This document shows, piece by piece, positions 39,028 to 49,140 of a DNA stretch of 64,000 bases. This stretch comes from an uncultured Verrucomicrobiota bacterium (lineage in GTDB: Bacteria > Verrucomicrobiota > Kiritimatiellia > Kiritimatiellales > Pontiellaceae). Position 1 is the stretch's first letter. Every line of letters begins with the position of its first letter. A program made the translations under genes and the position numbers. The notes below the pieces were generated by a model. It had not been told where the DNA came from. It did no database searches and saw nothing but the letters and a program-made list of their open reading frames with translations. The DNA is taken from positions 14,584 to 78,583 of the forward strand of contig CAZABK010000003.1 of NCBI GenBank assembly GCA_964483355.1, read 5' to 3'.

Positions 39028-39081
39028 TGACTGACAGTAAAACACATCATGATTCAATGAGTCGTTTCAATCAGGCCGCAG

Positions 39082-42000
39082 TCAGGAATGATACTGCGAG
39101 ACCTGCGCCCACTCCGACAGCGCACCTTCTTCTCCGCATTCCAGAACCGCCTGGACGCAGTAAAAACAAGGCTCGTCCGCCCCGCCGGAAAAATCCGTAA
39201 AGACCGGCTCCGGCGACCATCCGGCAAAAACCGGCGCCTCCTGTCCCGCAGGCTTTCTGTACACATTATAATGCGAACAGTTTTCCTCCAGGTTCGGCTG
39301 CCACCGCACACGAACCGCAGACGACGTAATCCCGGTGGGATCAATCCGTGCCGCCGTTACGCCGGCCGGCTTCCCGGCGACAGAAGAATCAGATCCGATG
39401 CGCACACGGATCTTTCCTTTGCGCTGCAGATGAAGATAAACATAGGCGTCATCTTCTGAACAGGAACTGATTCCAAACCCGTTCCGCAGCCTGAACTGAT
39501 TGTTTTCAAACACAGCTTCCTGGTTGAACTGCACCCGGGTGTTTTCTGAACGCTTGGGGATTCCCAGAACAACCGGCTCACCGGTTAACAGGGCCACGGT
39601 AAATGCAGAGGTTCCCGGATAATTTACAATATCAGCATGCAATACTCCGCCCTCCCGGTACACCGCAGCCGGCAGCGTGCACTCTGGATGCAATGGATCC
39701 AGCTCGCCGTCTTTCTGCACACGGATAACCGGCAGCGCCTGCGGATCAACAAATGATTTTCCGGAAGAATCCAACGCTGCGCCGTTGAGGGCTTCCCCGT
39801 TTTGGTCCGTCCAAAGATCGTTATAAATCACCAGCGAAGAGGACTCATCAACGGCCTTGAACCGAAGCTCCGCACGGCCGACAGCATCCACGGCGCGCTG
39901 AGCGTCAACGCGACAGCCCAGCTCCATAAAGGGACGCCATGTCTTCAGATAAGATGCTTCAGATGCGGTTTCATAGCCTTCGTCTTCCGGCAATTGACGA
40001 TAGTAACTCTCCGGATCGCCGGGAATATGGAAGCTTTTCTCAGCAACCGGCGCGTACGGATTATTCAGCACGAGGTTTCTGCGCACAAACCGTCCGCCGA
40101 AATATTCATCCATTGCCGTTCCATACAACGTGCTTTGACGGGACTGGAAGCGATGATGAATCGTGATGCAGGCCGAAGAGCCCTCGGCAAACACAACCTT
40201 GAAATGATTCTGCCGTCCGGCAAGAGCGTGTTCGCGAAGATCAACACCAACCGTGTTTCCCGCGGAAACGGAGCATGCGCCGGACACCGGACGGCCGTTC
40301 AAATACACCTCTTCAATCGCGATGTCCGCCGAGCCTGCATTGCGAATCTCGAACCGGGAAACCTCATGAGTGCCGTCCGGCACATCAAAAAAGCCTTCCA
40401 TATCCGCAACAGGTGCGGCCTCAGGAACAGACGCGGCATCCAATACTTTGCGACAGCCCGCCAGCGGCCCCGTATAATCAACGCCGTCTTCAAACCTGAA
40501 GCCGGCGGAGCCGGCCTTCAGCAAGGTTCCGGCGGCGATGCCCGGAGACATCAGTCGCGACCCGGCGCTGCGGTTTTCATAGTCGCCCTGCCATGCGTAA
40601 TGCGGAATCCACGCCTCCCCGTACGATTCCGGGTCATCGGTGTTCATCCGGATGGTTGAGGCAACCATCATGACCGCCCGGCGCACCTTTTCGCGCAAAT
40701 AAAGATCCGACGGATCATGCTGCAGGATGCCGGCCGAGGTATAAATGTCCTGGAAGTATTCGCCATCAGTCGATCCCGTGGCCGTATCCAGACTTTCATC
40801 GGTCTGATACTGGGAACAGTCCGAGCGGGGATATTCAAAATTCACGTCAAGGAATTCATCCCCGGCCTTTTCGCCGATGTAACGCATGTAGTTGGAAGCC
40901 CGGCGCGATGCCAGCTGAATCCACTGCTCATCGCCGGTCACTTCATACAACCGGATCAACCCCTCCGCCCGGTAATGAATGGCATCCCGGGAACGGGCCC
41001 AGCTGCGGATATGCATGGACGTATAGTAGCCGTACAGCTTTGCCGCATCGGCCTCGCCGGCCAAACGATCCGGCACAGCCACACCGCCATACACGGGATG
41101 TTCCATGTAGCCGACCCCGCGTTCATACAGCGCTTCATGCAGCAGCTCCGGGCGGCCGGACTGGCGATACGCCTCCACAACCGCCGCATGCATCGTTTCC
41201 TCGCATCCGCAGACCGTAATGGTCGGAAGCTCGGATTTGTACTGATGCGAAATCGCCGGCATCCCGCCCATCTTTGTGTAGACGTTCTGGGAGTGCAGAT
41301 ATTTGTCGACAAAGGTCAGGAGCGCAGTGCGAACCTCGTCATCATCCAGAACATGCAGCAGCATCGCGCATGCTCCGTAAAAATAGTTTCCGCACCCGCA
41401 GTATTCGAAATAGCCGATGCGCTTTTCCGGGGAAAAACGGTCCAGATAACGGGTCGAAAGCACGTAGCGCTTCACGCCTTCCAGCACCGCGGAATCCACG
41501 TCGCGGCGCAGCGCAATCTCAATCAGCGACAGCAACGGATACGGGCGGATCCAGAAAACCTCTCCTCCCGCAAAAAAGGTTTTCGCGAACGAATCATAAA
41601 AGAAGAGCGGAAAGCTTCCCCGCTCGGACTGAAGTCCCGGAGCCGCCAGCCGGTTCAACACCCACTGGCAGGCCGCATCAACCGGATTCCCCGAACGCGC
41701 CGGCTCGTCCCGGCATACAGTAACCGTTTCCGTTTTTACGAATTCATCATCATAGAAAATGCGGTATTCGTACTCCTTCTCAACCATTCCGTAAGGGAAC
41801 GGACAGGAGAGGCTGACTTCCCAACGACCGTCCGGCTCCGGCGTCGCCGTGTAAACGGGAATCACCCGGGACGTCTGGATATAAAGCACATCATCCGGCG
41901 AAGCCGTTTCCAGCCGAAATGCTGTATTATGCCCGAATCCTTCCAGAGGCAGTTTAAACCGATGCATCCGGCCGCCGGCAAGCGCACCCAGATCATGGTC

Positions 42001-42387
42001 ATGCCACTCAAGCTCTTCTCCGTCGAGTGCATCATTATCGTTCCCGCCGATCCGATACAAAAACACCAAACCCTGAATGGGTTCCGGGACATACATTTCC
42101 AGCTCGAAAAACGAACCGCTCACTTCCGGCTTCACCACAGGAGTAAATGACGCAAAGCCGTTTTTGGCACCGTGAAAACCAAACCCATAGGTCACCCCGC
42201 CCTCTTCGGCGGGATAGGACGGATACTTTCCGCCAACCAGTTTCTTCAAGGGGCGGACAAATCCGTTGTTCATCGGAATAAACAGGTTTGAATGCCCTGC
42301 ATTCACAAGCTCAACCCGCACGTTCCGTACAGACGCATCCGCACAATCACTTATTATAACCTGATCAAATGGAGACTGCTTTTTCAT
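39082..42387 (-). CDS. 1101-aa hypothetical protein, possible (alpha/alpha)-barrel glycoside hydrolase with C-terminal Fn3-like domain
   Basis: Long ORF; helical core with AEGLIRLYEVTGDEQWIQLA-type segments; C-terminal VRWQ...YNVYR...FTD...YCVQAV; no signal peptide seen. Confidence 0.6.
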   Translation of the reverse strand: MKKQSPFDQVIISDCADASVRNVRVELVNAGHSNLFIPMNNGFVRPLKKLVGGKYPSYPAEEGGVTYGFGFHGAKNGFASFTPVVKPEVSGSFFELEMYVPEPIQGLVFLYRIGGNDNDALDGEELEWHDHDLGALAGGRMHRFKLPLEGFGHNTAFRLETASPDDVLYIQTSRVIPVYTATPEPDGRWEVSLSCPFPYGMVEKEYEYRIFYDDEFVKTETVTVCRDEPARSGNPVDAACQWVLNRLAAPGLQSERGSFPLFFYDSFAKTFFAGGEVFWIRPYPLLSLIEIALRRDVDSAVLEGVKRYVLSTRYLDRFSPEKRIGYFEYCGCGNYFYGACAMLLHVLDDDEVRTALLTFVDKYLHSQNVYTKMGGMPAISHQYKSELPTITVCGCEETMHAAVVEAYRQSGRPELLHEALYERGVGYMEHPVYGGVAVPDRLAGEADAAKLYGYYTSMHIRSWARSRDAIHYRAEGLIRLYEVTGDEQWIQLASRRASNYMRYIGEKAGDEFLDVNFEYPRSDCSQYQTDESLDTATGSTDGEYFQDIYTSAGILQHDPSDLYLREKVRRAVMMVASTIRMNTDDPESYGEAWIPHYAWQGDYENRSAGSRLMSPGIAAGTLLKAGSAGFRFEDGVDYTGPLAGCRKVLDAASVPEAAPVADMEGFFDVPDGTHEVSRFEIRNAGSADIAIEEVYLNGRPVSGACSVSAGNTVGVDLREHALAGRQNHFKVVFAEGSSACITIHHRFQSRQSTLYGTAMDEYFGGRFVRRNLVLNNPYAPVAEKSFHIPGDPESYYRQLPEDEGYETASEASYLKTWRPFMELGCRVDAQRAVDAVGRAELRFKAVDESSSLVIYNDLWTDQNGEALNGAALDSSGKSFVDPQALPVIRVQKDGELDPLHPECTLPAAVYREGGVLHADIVNYPGTSAFTVALLTGEPVVLGIPKRSENTRVQFNQEAVFENNQFRLRNGFGISSCSEDDAYVYLHLQRKGKIRVRIGSDSSVAGKPAGVTAARIDPTGITSSAVRVRWQPNLEENCSHYNVYRKPAGQEAPVFAGWSPEPVFTDFSGGADEPCFYCVQAVLECGEEGALSEWAQVSQYHS

Positions 42388-42757
42388 TTACACACGTTCG
42401 TTTTCAGTTTTCCGGACAGCCGCACTGTCCTCCTCGTCACAAACCTATCGGGAAAAATAGGTTCTTCGTAAATTACATGGAATCAATTCTATGCATTTCT
42501 GACCGGATCACAGGATATTCAGGATCTCTTTTATAAAGTATTCCATCCGGTTCATCAGCATGCTCTCTTCCCTTCCATGCCCGCCTCGATTGTCGTTTCA
42601 GATCATCAACCGTTTTTCTGCTGAGCAACAAATGGATGAACTGGATTCACATCCCGACCATCCTGTTATCCGGTCAAAAACTATTCTATTTCCCTACACC
42701 TGCCACAACATATTACGAGGAGCCAATATTTAATATAAACAATGCCCCGCGCGGAAT

Positions 42758-44212
42758 TTACCATCGGCCGATCGGCTCCGCCAGCGGGCGGCGGGCATCC
42801 GCCATCACGCGAACAAGCTTTTCCATCATTCGGGCCCGGATTTTCGGAGCATGCTGTGAAATATTGTAATGCTCTTCGGGATCCTCCTGAAGATCATATA
42901 ACTCGACGACATCCCGATCCAGGTGAACCGAAAACCGGTAGCGTTCATCCACCACGGTTCGTACGCCCGGCCCCTCAACCAGAACCGCATCCCGTCCGGA
43001 ACTCTGTCCCTGAAGGATCGGCAGCAGGCTTTGAGCCGTACAGCGCTGCCGGGGAAGCTGACACAGCTCCAGAATTGTCGGCATCAGGTCATAGGCCATC
43101 ACCAGCCCGCTGTTCACGGATCCCGCCTCGACCAATGAAGGATATGAAATAATGAAAGGAACATTCACCAGGCTCTGATAATGAAACTCTCCCTTGAGCC
43201 CAATCCCGCGGTCTCCCAGCAGCTCGCCATGATCCGCCACAAAAATGACCACCGTGTTTTCAAGCTCCCCGCTGTCCCGCAAGGCCTGCATCACCCGCCC
43301 GACGTTCTTATCAATCAGGCTGATCATCCCGTAATAACAGGCAGCCTGAACCTTCCAGTCATCGGATGTGTGCGTTGCGAAGCTCTTTCCGTTCTCGCCA
43401 TTATCCTGATCGCAGAACTGTTCCACATATGCAGGCAGGGACTCCATAAGCGGCAGCGGGTCCGGCAGGTCTTCCGGACTGTACATCCGGTCAAAAGGTT
43501 CCGGAGGATCAAACGGATGGTGCGGATCATAAAAACTGCAGTGGGCCATGAACGGGCGGCTCTTATCGCGCGTTTCCAAGAACTCAATAGTGCGGTCCGC
43601 CGTCCAGGTCGTCCGGTGCTGCTCTTCAGAAACCGGACTTCTGCAGGTCTGAAACGCTCCGTCCTCGTCAAACGGCCCCAGATGATTGACCGCATCCAGC
43701 CATTCCGGATGGTTCCGGGCAATGGATTGCGTATACGGAGAATAAAATCCTTCAACCGCCTGCACCTGCTCAAACCCGTAATATGGAAGCCCGCGGCTGA
43801 TCTCGCCCGGCTCCAGAAGCTCCCGGGCCGAATAAGACTCCGGGTCCTTATACGCCTTTCCTTCCGGAAAACGGCTGATCGGACCGAAATGCAGTTTGCC
43901 GGCAGCAAATGTCTGGTATCCGGCCGTGCGGAAAACCTCCGGATAGACCGGGAAATGTTCCGGCAGCACAACCCCGTTAATCATGCTGCCGTGCACCGAC
44001 GGATGCAGCCCCGTCAGCATCGAACAGCGCTGGGGAACACAGAGCGGCTGGCAGACATGTGCATTCTCGAAACGACAGCCGCTCTCGGCCAATGCATCAA
44101 TTTCAGGAGTCTGAATGATCGGATTGCCATAACAGCCCAGCGCATCAGACCGCAGCTGGTCGCAGATAAAAACCAGAACATTGGGGGAAGCTGTCGGCGT
44201 TGGTTTAGGCAT
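42758..44212 (-). CDS. Sulfatase (Cys-type, formylglycine-dependent)
   Basis: PNVLVFICDQ, CVPQRCSMLTG, YQTFAAGKLH, DPHHPF and ADHGELLG motifs. Confidence 0.93.
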   Translation of the reverse strand: MPKPTPTASPNVLVFICDQLRSDALGCYGNPIIQTPEIDALAESGCRFENAHVCQPLCVPQRCSMLTGLHPSVHGSMINGVVLPEHFPVYPEVFRTAGYQTFAAGKLHFGPISRFPEGKAYKDPESYSARELLEPGEISRGLPYYGFEQVQAVEGFYSPYTQSIARNHPEWLDAVNHLGPFDEDGAFQTCRSPVSEEQHRTTWTADRTIEFLETRDKSRPFMAHCSFYDPHHPFDPPEPFDRMYSPEDLPDPLPLMESLPAYVEQFCDQDNGENGKSFATHTSDDWKVQAACYYGMISLIDKNVGRVMQALRDSGELENTVVIFVADHGELLGDRGIGLKGEFHYQSLVNVPFIISYPSLVEAGSVNSGLVMAYDLMPTILELCQLPRQRCTAQSLLPILQGQSSGRDAVLVEGPGVRTVVDERYRFSVHLDRDVVELYDLQEDPEEHYNISQHAPKIRARMMEKLVRVMADARRPLAEPIGRW

Positions 44213-44227
44213 TCGAATTTCCTGAAT

Positions 44228-45202
44228 TTAAGACTGAACGGTCACGTTCGCTTTCGGATGACAAAAGGCTTTCTGTAAGTGTCGGTTTTTCAGGAAGCAG
44301 GCATCTGTCAAATCATTGATATGCGCTTCGGCCAAACCAATACAGGTATCCGCAGCCCCATAATAAATCTTCACCATCCCGTTATCTTCCAGAATCGCAT
44401 TACTTGTAAATACAACATTAGGCACACGCCCCATCAGCTCATACCCTTCCTGCGGCCAGAGCACCGAATCTTCTCCGCGAGCAATCAACTTCGAAGGATC
44501 ATCCAGATCCAACAGGCAAACGCCCAGGCTATAAATGAATCCATTACACGTATCACCAACACCGTGATAAATACACAACCAACCCAGCTCGGTTTTAATG
44601 GGCACCGCACCGGCGCCAATCTTAAAGCGATCCCACAACCCCGGGCGCGTATCCATGATCTGGGTTGAATCAGTCCAATTCACCAGGTCGTCCGAATAAC
44701 TCAACCACATCCGCGACGGCTCGAGCTCGCTTTCCATCGGACGGTCCAGCCGCACATAGCGTCCATTAATCTTTTCCGGAAAAATAGCGCCGTTGCGGAT
44801 CGGCTCTTTTACACGCTCCTGCTCCACCCGCTCATACGTCACAAAATCCTTTGTTTTCACCAACCCAAGGCTGGTTCCGTACTCGACCGATGCACTGGCA
44901 TACATAATCAGATATTCTTCACCGAACTTGGTGATTCGAGGGTCATACACACAGGTCTCCGTATACCCTTCTTCAAACCCCGGCCACTCGACCGGCTCCG
45001 GATCCACCGTGAAATTCACGCCATCTGTGCTGCGGGCCAGCCAAAACACAATCGGCCCGGCCGCGACGGCAGCATCCATCATAACAATATATTCGCCGTT
45101 ATGCTTAACCGCCCCGGGATTCAAAACATACATCACATCACTCTTCGGCATCATGGCCGGAGAAAGCACCGGATTTTCAGGATTTCTAACAAATACACTC
45201 AT
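44228..45202 (-). CDS. GH130-family glycoside phosphorylase-like protein
   Basis: NPVLSP, NPGA, YDPRIT, RNGAIFPEKINGRY..LDRP, KIGAGAVP, YHGV, PNVVF and YYGAADT. Confidence 0.88.
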   Translation of the reverse strand: MSVFVRNPENPVLSPAMMPKSDVMYVLNPGAVKHNGEYIVMMDAAVAAGPIVFWLARSTDGVNFTVDPEPVEWPGFEEGYTETCVYDPRITKFGEEYLIMYASASVEYGTSLGLVKTKDFVTYERVEQERVKEPIRNGAIFPEKINGRYVRLDRPMESELEPSRMWLSYSDDLVNWTDSTQIMDTRPGLWDRFKIGAGAVPIKTELGWLCIYHGVGDTCNGFIYSLGVCLLDLDDPSKLIARGEDSVLWPQEGYELMGRVPNVVFTSNAILEDNGMVKIYYGAADTCIGLAEAHINDLTDACFLKNRHLQKAFCHPKANVTVQS

Positions 45203-45238
45203 AATAACTCCTATAATTAAATAATGATCGCGCCCTGT

Positions 45239-46702
45239 TTAACTTCCGTTCTCAGGCGACTGGTTTTCAGATTCCTTTTTTGCATGCCGCTCATCCAGCA
45301 GCGCACGGGTTGCGGCGGCCCGCTCTTCACTAATCGGATAAAAGTGAACCAGAACAATTCCGATCAGCAGAGCCGCGAACGGAATAGCGGAATAGCAGAC
45401 CCGAAGGATAAACAGCGCATCTTCGGACTGGTTTGCGCCCAGTTCCGCCCGGAACCCGCTCGCCTGCAGGAGCACCCCGACAATCAGCAAACCAACCGAG
45501 ATGCCGATTTTTAAAAAGTTGGTGTATATCGCGTTATACATCCCCTCGCGCCGGACGTTGGTGGCAACCTCATCCTCATCGCAAATGTCCGCCACCATGG
45601 ATGGCGTCAGAATCCACAAGCCACCCAGGCCGGGCGCCATAATTGCCAAACTGATGAACTGCATGTACGGCCAGCGGGGGTCAAACGTGAAAAACTTCGT
45701 TCCCGCGCCCACTGCGGCAAAGGCCAGCGTCAGCATCAGCGTATGCTTTTTCCCCAGACGCCTAGAAACCCAGTTCACCAACGGAGCGGCAACCAGACCG
45801 CCGAACACCCCGTAAACGGTTCCGCTGAGACCCATCAGCCAGGACGCCCCCTTCTCGTCACCGCCGAACACATAAAAAATATTAATGTACGAGCCCATCT
45901 GGTTCACCATGAACACACCCAGACAGGTCAGCACAATCACCGCCAGCAGCAGAGAAAAGCTGCGGTTTTTCAGAACAATCTTCAAACTGTGCCAGAAGGG
46001 TTCTTTCTTCTGCCCGGACACCGCTTTCGCCAGGCGTTCCTTGCAGCACAGCGCCGGGATGGACGTGCTGATAATCATAATCACGGCAACTCCCAGCGAA
46101 ATCGTCTTCATTCCGTCCAGCGTATTTTCAAAGCAATCCATTTGCGTAAGGCGATACATCCAGTGCATCGACAGCCCCAGTGACGACGCAAAAAACGCCC
46201 TAAAGGACATCACCGTGGTTCGCTCGTTGTAATCAGGCGTCAACTCGCTGCCCAGGGCATAAAAAGGAACAGCAAACACTGTATAGGCCGTATAAAACAG
46301 AAGGGAACCAACCAGCAGCCAGACAAACTGCGCATTGTGCGTCCAGCCGACCGGAACCCGCCACAGCAGAACAAATAAAAACGCGCCGATCAGCCCCCCC
46401 GCAAGAATGTACGGACGACGACGGCCGAACCGCGTCCTTGTATTATCCGAAATGGATCCCATGGTCGGATCCGTAAACGCATCCCAGATTCTGGAACAAA
46501 AGATAATCAGACTGATCAAAACGGGATTAATCCCCAGAAAAATATTAAACACCTGGCTCGCCATACTGTTAATGGAGTTCTGCATCAGGTTGTCAGCGGC
46601 TCCGCCAACCCCGAACGCGGTTTTCTCCCAAACCGACAACACCTTTTTTTCGCTATCTCTGCTTTTCTTCATAACAAACTTTCCGACTCCCGCACCTTTC
46701 AA
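45239..46702 (-). CDS. GPH-family MFS sugar transporter
   Basis: RIWDAFTDP.MG.ISDNTRTRFGRRRPYIL, ALGSELTPDYNERT and RREGMY motifs; ~12 TM segments. Confidence 0.92.
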   Translation of the reverse strand: MKGAGVGKFVMKKSRDSEKKVLSVWEKTAFGVGGAADNLMQNSINSMASQVFNIFLGINPVLISLIIFCSRIWDAFTDPTMGSISDNTRTRFGRRRPYILAGGLIGAFLFVLLWRVPVGWTHNAQFVWLLVGSLLFYTAYTVFAVPFYALGSELTPDYNERTTVMSFRAFFASSLGLSMHWMYRLTQMDCFENTLDGMKTISLGVAVIMIISTSIPALCCKERLAKAVSGQKKEPFWHSLKIVLKNRSFSLLLAVIVLTCLGVFMVNQMGSYINIFYVFGGDEKGASWLMGLSGTVYGVFGGLVAAPLVNWVSRRLGKKHTLMLTLAFAAVGAGTKFFTFDPRWPYMQFISLAIMAPGLGGLWILTPSMVADICDEDEVATNVRREGMYNAIYTNFLKIGISVGLLIVGVLLQASGFRAELGANQSEDALFILRVCYSAIPFAALLIGIVLVHFYPISEERAAATRALLDERHAKKESENQSPENGS

Positions 46703-46730
46703 TGACTCCGCCCTCTCGGCCGCACGCCTT

Positions 46731-46781
46731 TAGTTTCGTAACAAGATGCGACACATCACCGGATCTGTCAAATCTATTTAC
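46731..46781 (-). promoter_or_regulatory. Operator copy + promoter
   Basis: TAGTTTCGTAACAA at 46731-46744 with minus-strand TTGACA upstream. Confidence 0.6.
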
Positions 46782-46799
46782 AAACTTCTCCCGGACGAA

Positions 46800-49007
46800 T
46801 CAGCCGCACGTCGAAAAACGATACGTCCCGCCGCCAACCGAATTGAAACTTCCGTCCGGCAGGATCACAGTGGCAGAGATTCCGGCCGGAACCTCGCCCT
46901 CAAAAACAACCCGCGCTCCATCACGCTTCCAACCACTGGAAATTTTTCCGAAAGGACTCCGATGCTCGACACGCACCCAGTCCAAACCGGCAACCGAATG
47001 GGGTTTTATGGTTACATGCCGAAATCCCGGATTGTTTTCGTCAGGAACGATCCCGCCGAGATACTGGAACATCCAGGCATCGATATCGCCGAACATAACG
47101 TGGTTCTGAGACCCCGAACCGTCCCAGTTTTCCCACAAGGTGGTCGCGTCCTGGTTCAGCCAGTTTACCCAGCCGGGAAAAGCCGGCTGTGTGATTAACT
47201 CATACGCCAGTTCCACATATCCATTCTCCGCGAGTGCCCGTGGAATATATTTAGCACCCAGAATGCCGAAATCCGAACGCACTCCACTCGCACGAACGGC
47301 ATCAACAAGCCGCTCGACAACTTCACCCTTTTCTTCCGCACCAACAAGCCCTTGATACACGGCACATGCCATTGCTGTCGGCTCTCCTTTTGCGTACAGC
47401 CCGTCCCCTTTATAAAAAGCATGATTGAATGCGCTCTTAATCTTTTCTGCACGCGCTGCATATACGGCCTGATCCTCAGCCCGCCCGACGATTCCGGCCA
47501 TCTTCGAAAGCAGCAGCGTGTCTGCGTAATAATATCCAGTATCCGTCAGCGCCCGATCGACCATACGACTCTTATCCGGATGACACCAATCCCCAAGGCC
47601 GAACGAAACAAGTTGCTCCGTGGCCCGCGAAGCACAGTAATCCAGATACAGCTTCATTGCATCGTAATGTCGCCGAATGCTGGAATCATCACCCGTATAC
47701 ACATAGACATACCAGGGAATCAAAAACAGCGCACTGTCCCAGGCCGGACCGCTCCCCCAGTTGTAACCCCAGCCCGCCGTCGGAATAATTCCCGGCAACT
47801 GGCCGCTGGGCCGCTGACAGTCCGCGAGTGAGTTCATCCAATCCGCATAACTCGAACCGGCCGCAAAATTAAACAGTCCGGCTTCCGCCGCCAAATGCGC
47901 ATCCGCAGTCCAGCCGTTCTTTTCGCGATGCGGACAATCCGACGGAATTCCGACAAAATTGCCGACATACGAACGCACCGTGTAGTCATGCAGTCGATTC
48001 AACGTCTCGTTCGAAGAAGAAAAACGACCCACTCTCTCGAAAGCCGTATACACCACGCGCCCTTCCAGCTTCAGCAGCTCAACATCGCCCGCCACGCTCA
48101 CATAACGGAATCCGTGAAAGGTAAACCGCGGCTCCCAAACTTCCTCCCCATCTCCTTTCAAGATGTAATGGTCCCGCTGGAACTGCTCATCCATCACATA
48201 GCTGGAAATATGCTCCCGATCCACCTCCCGCGAAGAATCCAGCAGCTCGCCGTATTTTAGAACCGCCTCCGATCCAGCAGCGCCTCGAACCGTAATGCGC
48301 GCCCAGCCGCTTATGTTTTCCCCAAGGTCATACACCCGCACTCCGGAGTCACACACCCATGAATCCACCGGCGACAGCGTCTGCATCACCTTACAGGGCG
48401 GCATCGTCTGGCGGACCAGTTCACCGCCGGGTGGCGCCACCTCTTGCGCAGCAATCCATTGAGATTCGTCATACCCGGCTTCAGACCATTGGCCCAGCTC
48501 CAACCGGGCGTCATATTTTTCGCCGTTACGAAGTCCATCAAAAACAATCGGACCGGATGTCACCTGCCACGTTGTGTCGCTGCGCAAAACAACGTCGCCA
48601 TCAACCTCCATCTGCAGCAGAAGCTTCGGATAATCCCGCCAGGCTGCCTTATCAAAGTGCCATACCTCCGCGGAATGGCAGTTGTACCACCCGTTGCCGA
48701 GAATCACCCCAATCACGTTTTCCCCAGCAACCAGGTACTCCGTCACATCGTGCTCCACAACATGAACACGCCGGTCATACTGCGTCACCACCGGATCCAG
48801 AACCTGAACCCCGACTTTTCGCCCATTCACATACAACTCATAAAAGCCAAGCCCGCACAGCTTCACAAAAACCCGCCGCCCCGGCTCAGGTGCATTAAAC
48901 ACCTTTCGAAAATACGGTGCCGGCAGCACCTCTCGCCGCCAATCCACCATAACCGCCCCCGGCGGCCGGCATCCAATCCACTTCGCGTCCCAATCCCGCT
49001 GACTCAC
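46800..49007 (-). CDS. GH78 alpha-L-rhamnosidase-like protein
   Basis: PSDCPHREKNGWTADA, YDLGENISGW, PRFTFHGFRYV, TLWENWD and SQNHVMFG; GTG at 49007 with GGAGG RBS; no signal peptide. Confidence 0.9.
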   Translation of the reverse strand: MSQRDWDAKWIGCRPPGAVMVDWRREVLPAPYFRKVFNAPEPGRRVFVKLCGLGFYELYVNGRKVGVQVLDPVVTQYDRRVHVVEHDVTEYLVAGENVIGVILGNGWYNCHSAEVWHFDKAAWRDYPKLLLQMEVDGDVVLRSDTTWQVTSGPIVFDGLRNGEKYDARLELGQWSEAGYDESQWIAAQEVAPPGGELVRQTMPPCKVMQTLSPVDSWVCDSGVRVYDLGENISGWARITVRGAAGSEAVLKYGELLDSSREVDREHISSYVMDEQFQRDHYILKGDGEEVWEPRFTFHGFRYVSVAGDVELLKLEGRVVYTAFERVGRFSSSNETLNRLHDYTVRSYVGNFVGIPSDCPHREKNGWTADAHLAAEAGLFNFAAGSSYADWMNSLADCQRPSGQLPGIIPTAGWGYNWGSGPAWDSALFLIPWYVYVYTGDDSSIRRHYDAMKLYLDYCASRATEQLVSFGLGDWCHPDKSRMVDRALTDTGYYYADTLLLSKMAGIVGRAEDQAVYAARAEKIKSAFNHAFYKGDGLYAKGEPTAMACAVYQGLVGAEEKGEVVERLVDAVRASGVRSDFGILGAKYIPRALAENGYVELAYELITQPAFPGWVNWLNQDATTLWENWDGSGSQNHVMFGDIDAWMFQYLGGIVPDENNPGFRHVTIKPHSVAGLDWVRVEHRSPFGKISSGWKRDGARVVFEGEVPAGISATVILPDGSFNSVGGGTYRFSTCG

Positions 49008-49028
49008 AGCTGCACCTCCCAAATTAGA

Positions 49029-49098
49029 GTTACGTAACAATAAGATGATCGAATAGATTGTCAACAAAACCAGCGTCTGTTATTTTTCGTTACATAAT
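49029..49098. promoter_or_regulatory. Divergent promoter region with operator(s)
   Basis: GTTACGTAAC at 49029-49038, weaker GTTACATAAT at 49089-49098, minus-strand TTGACA between them; lies between the GH78 and LacI genes. Confidence 0.7.
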
Positions 49099-49140
49099 TA
49101 CAGGTTTTATAACTCCATCGTACCCGCTCCAAAACATGCT

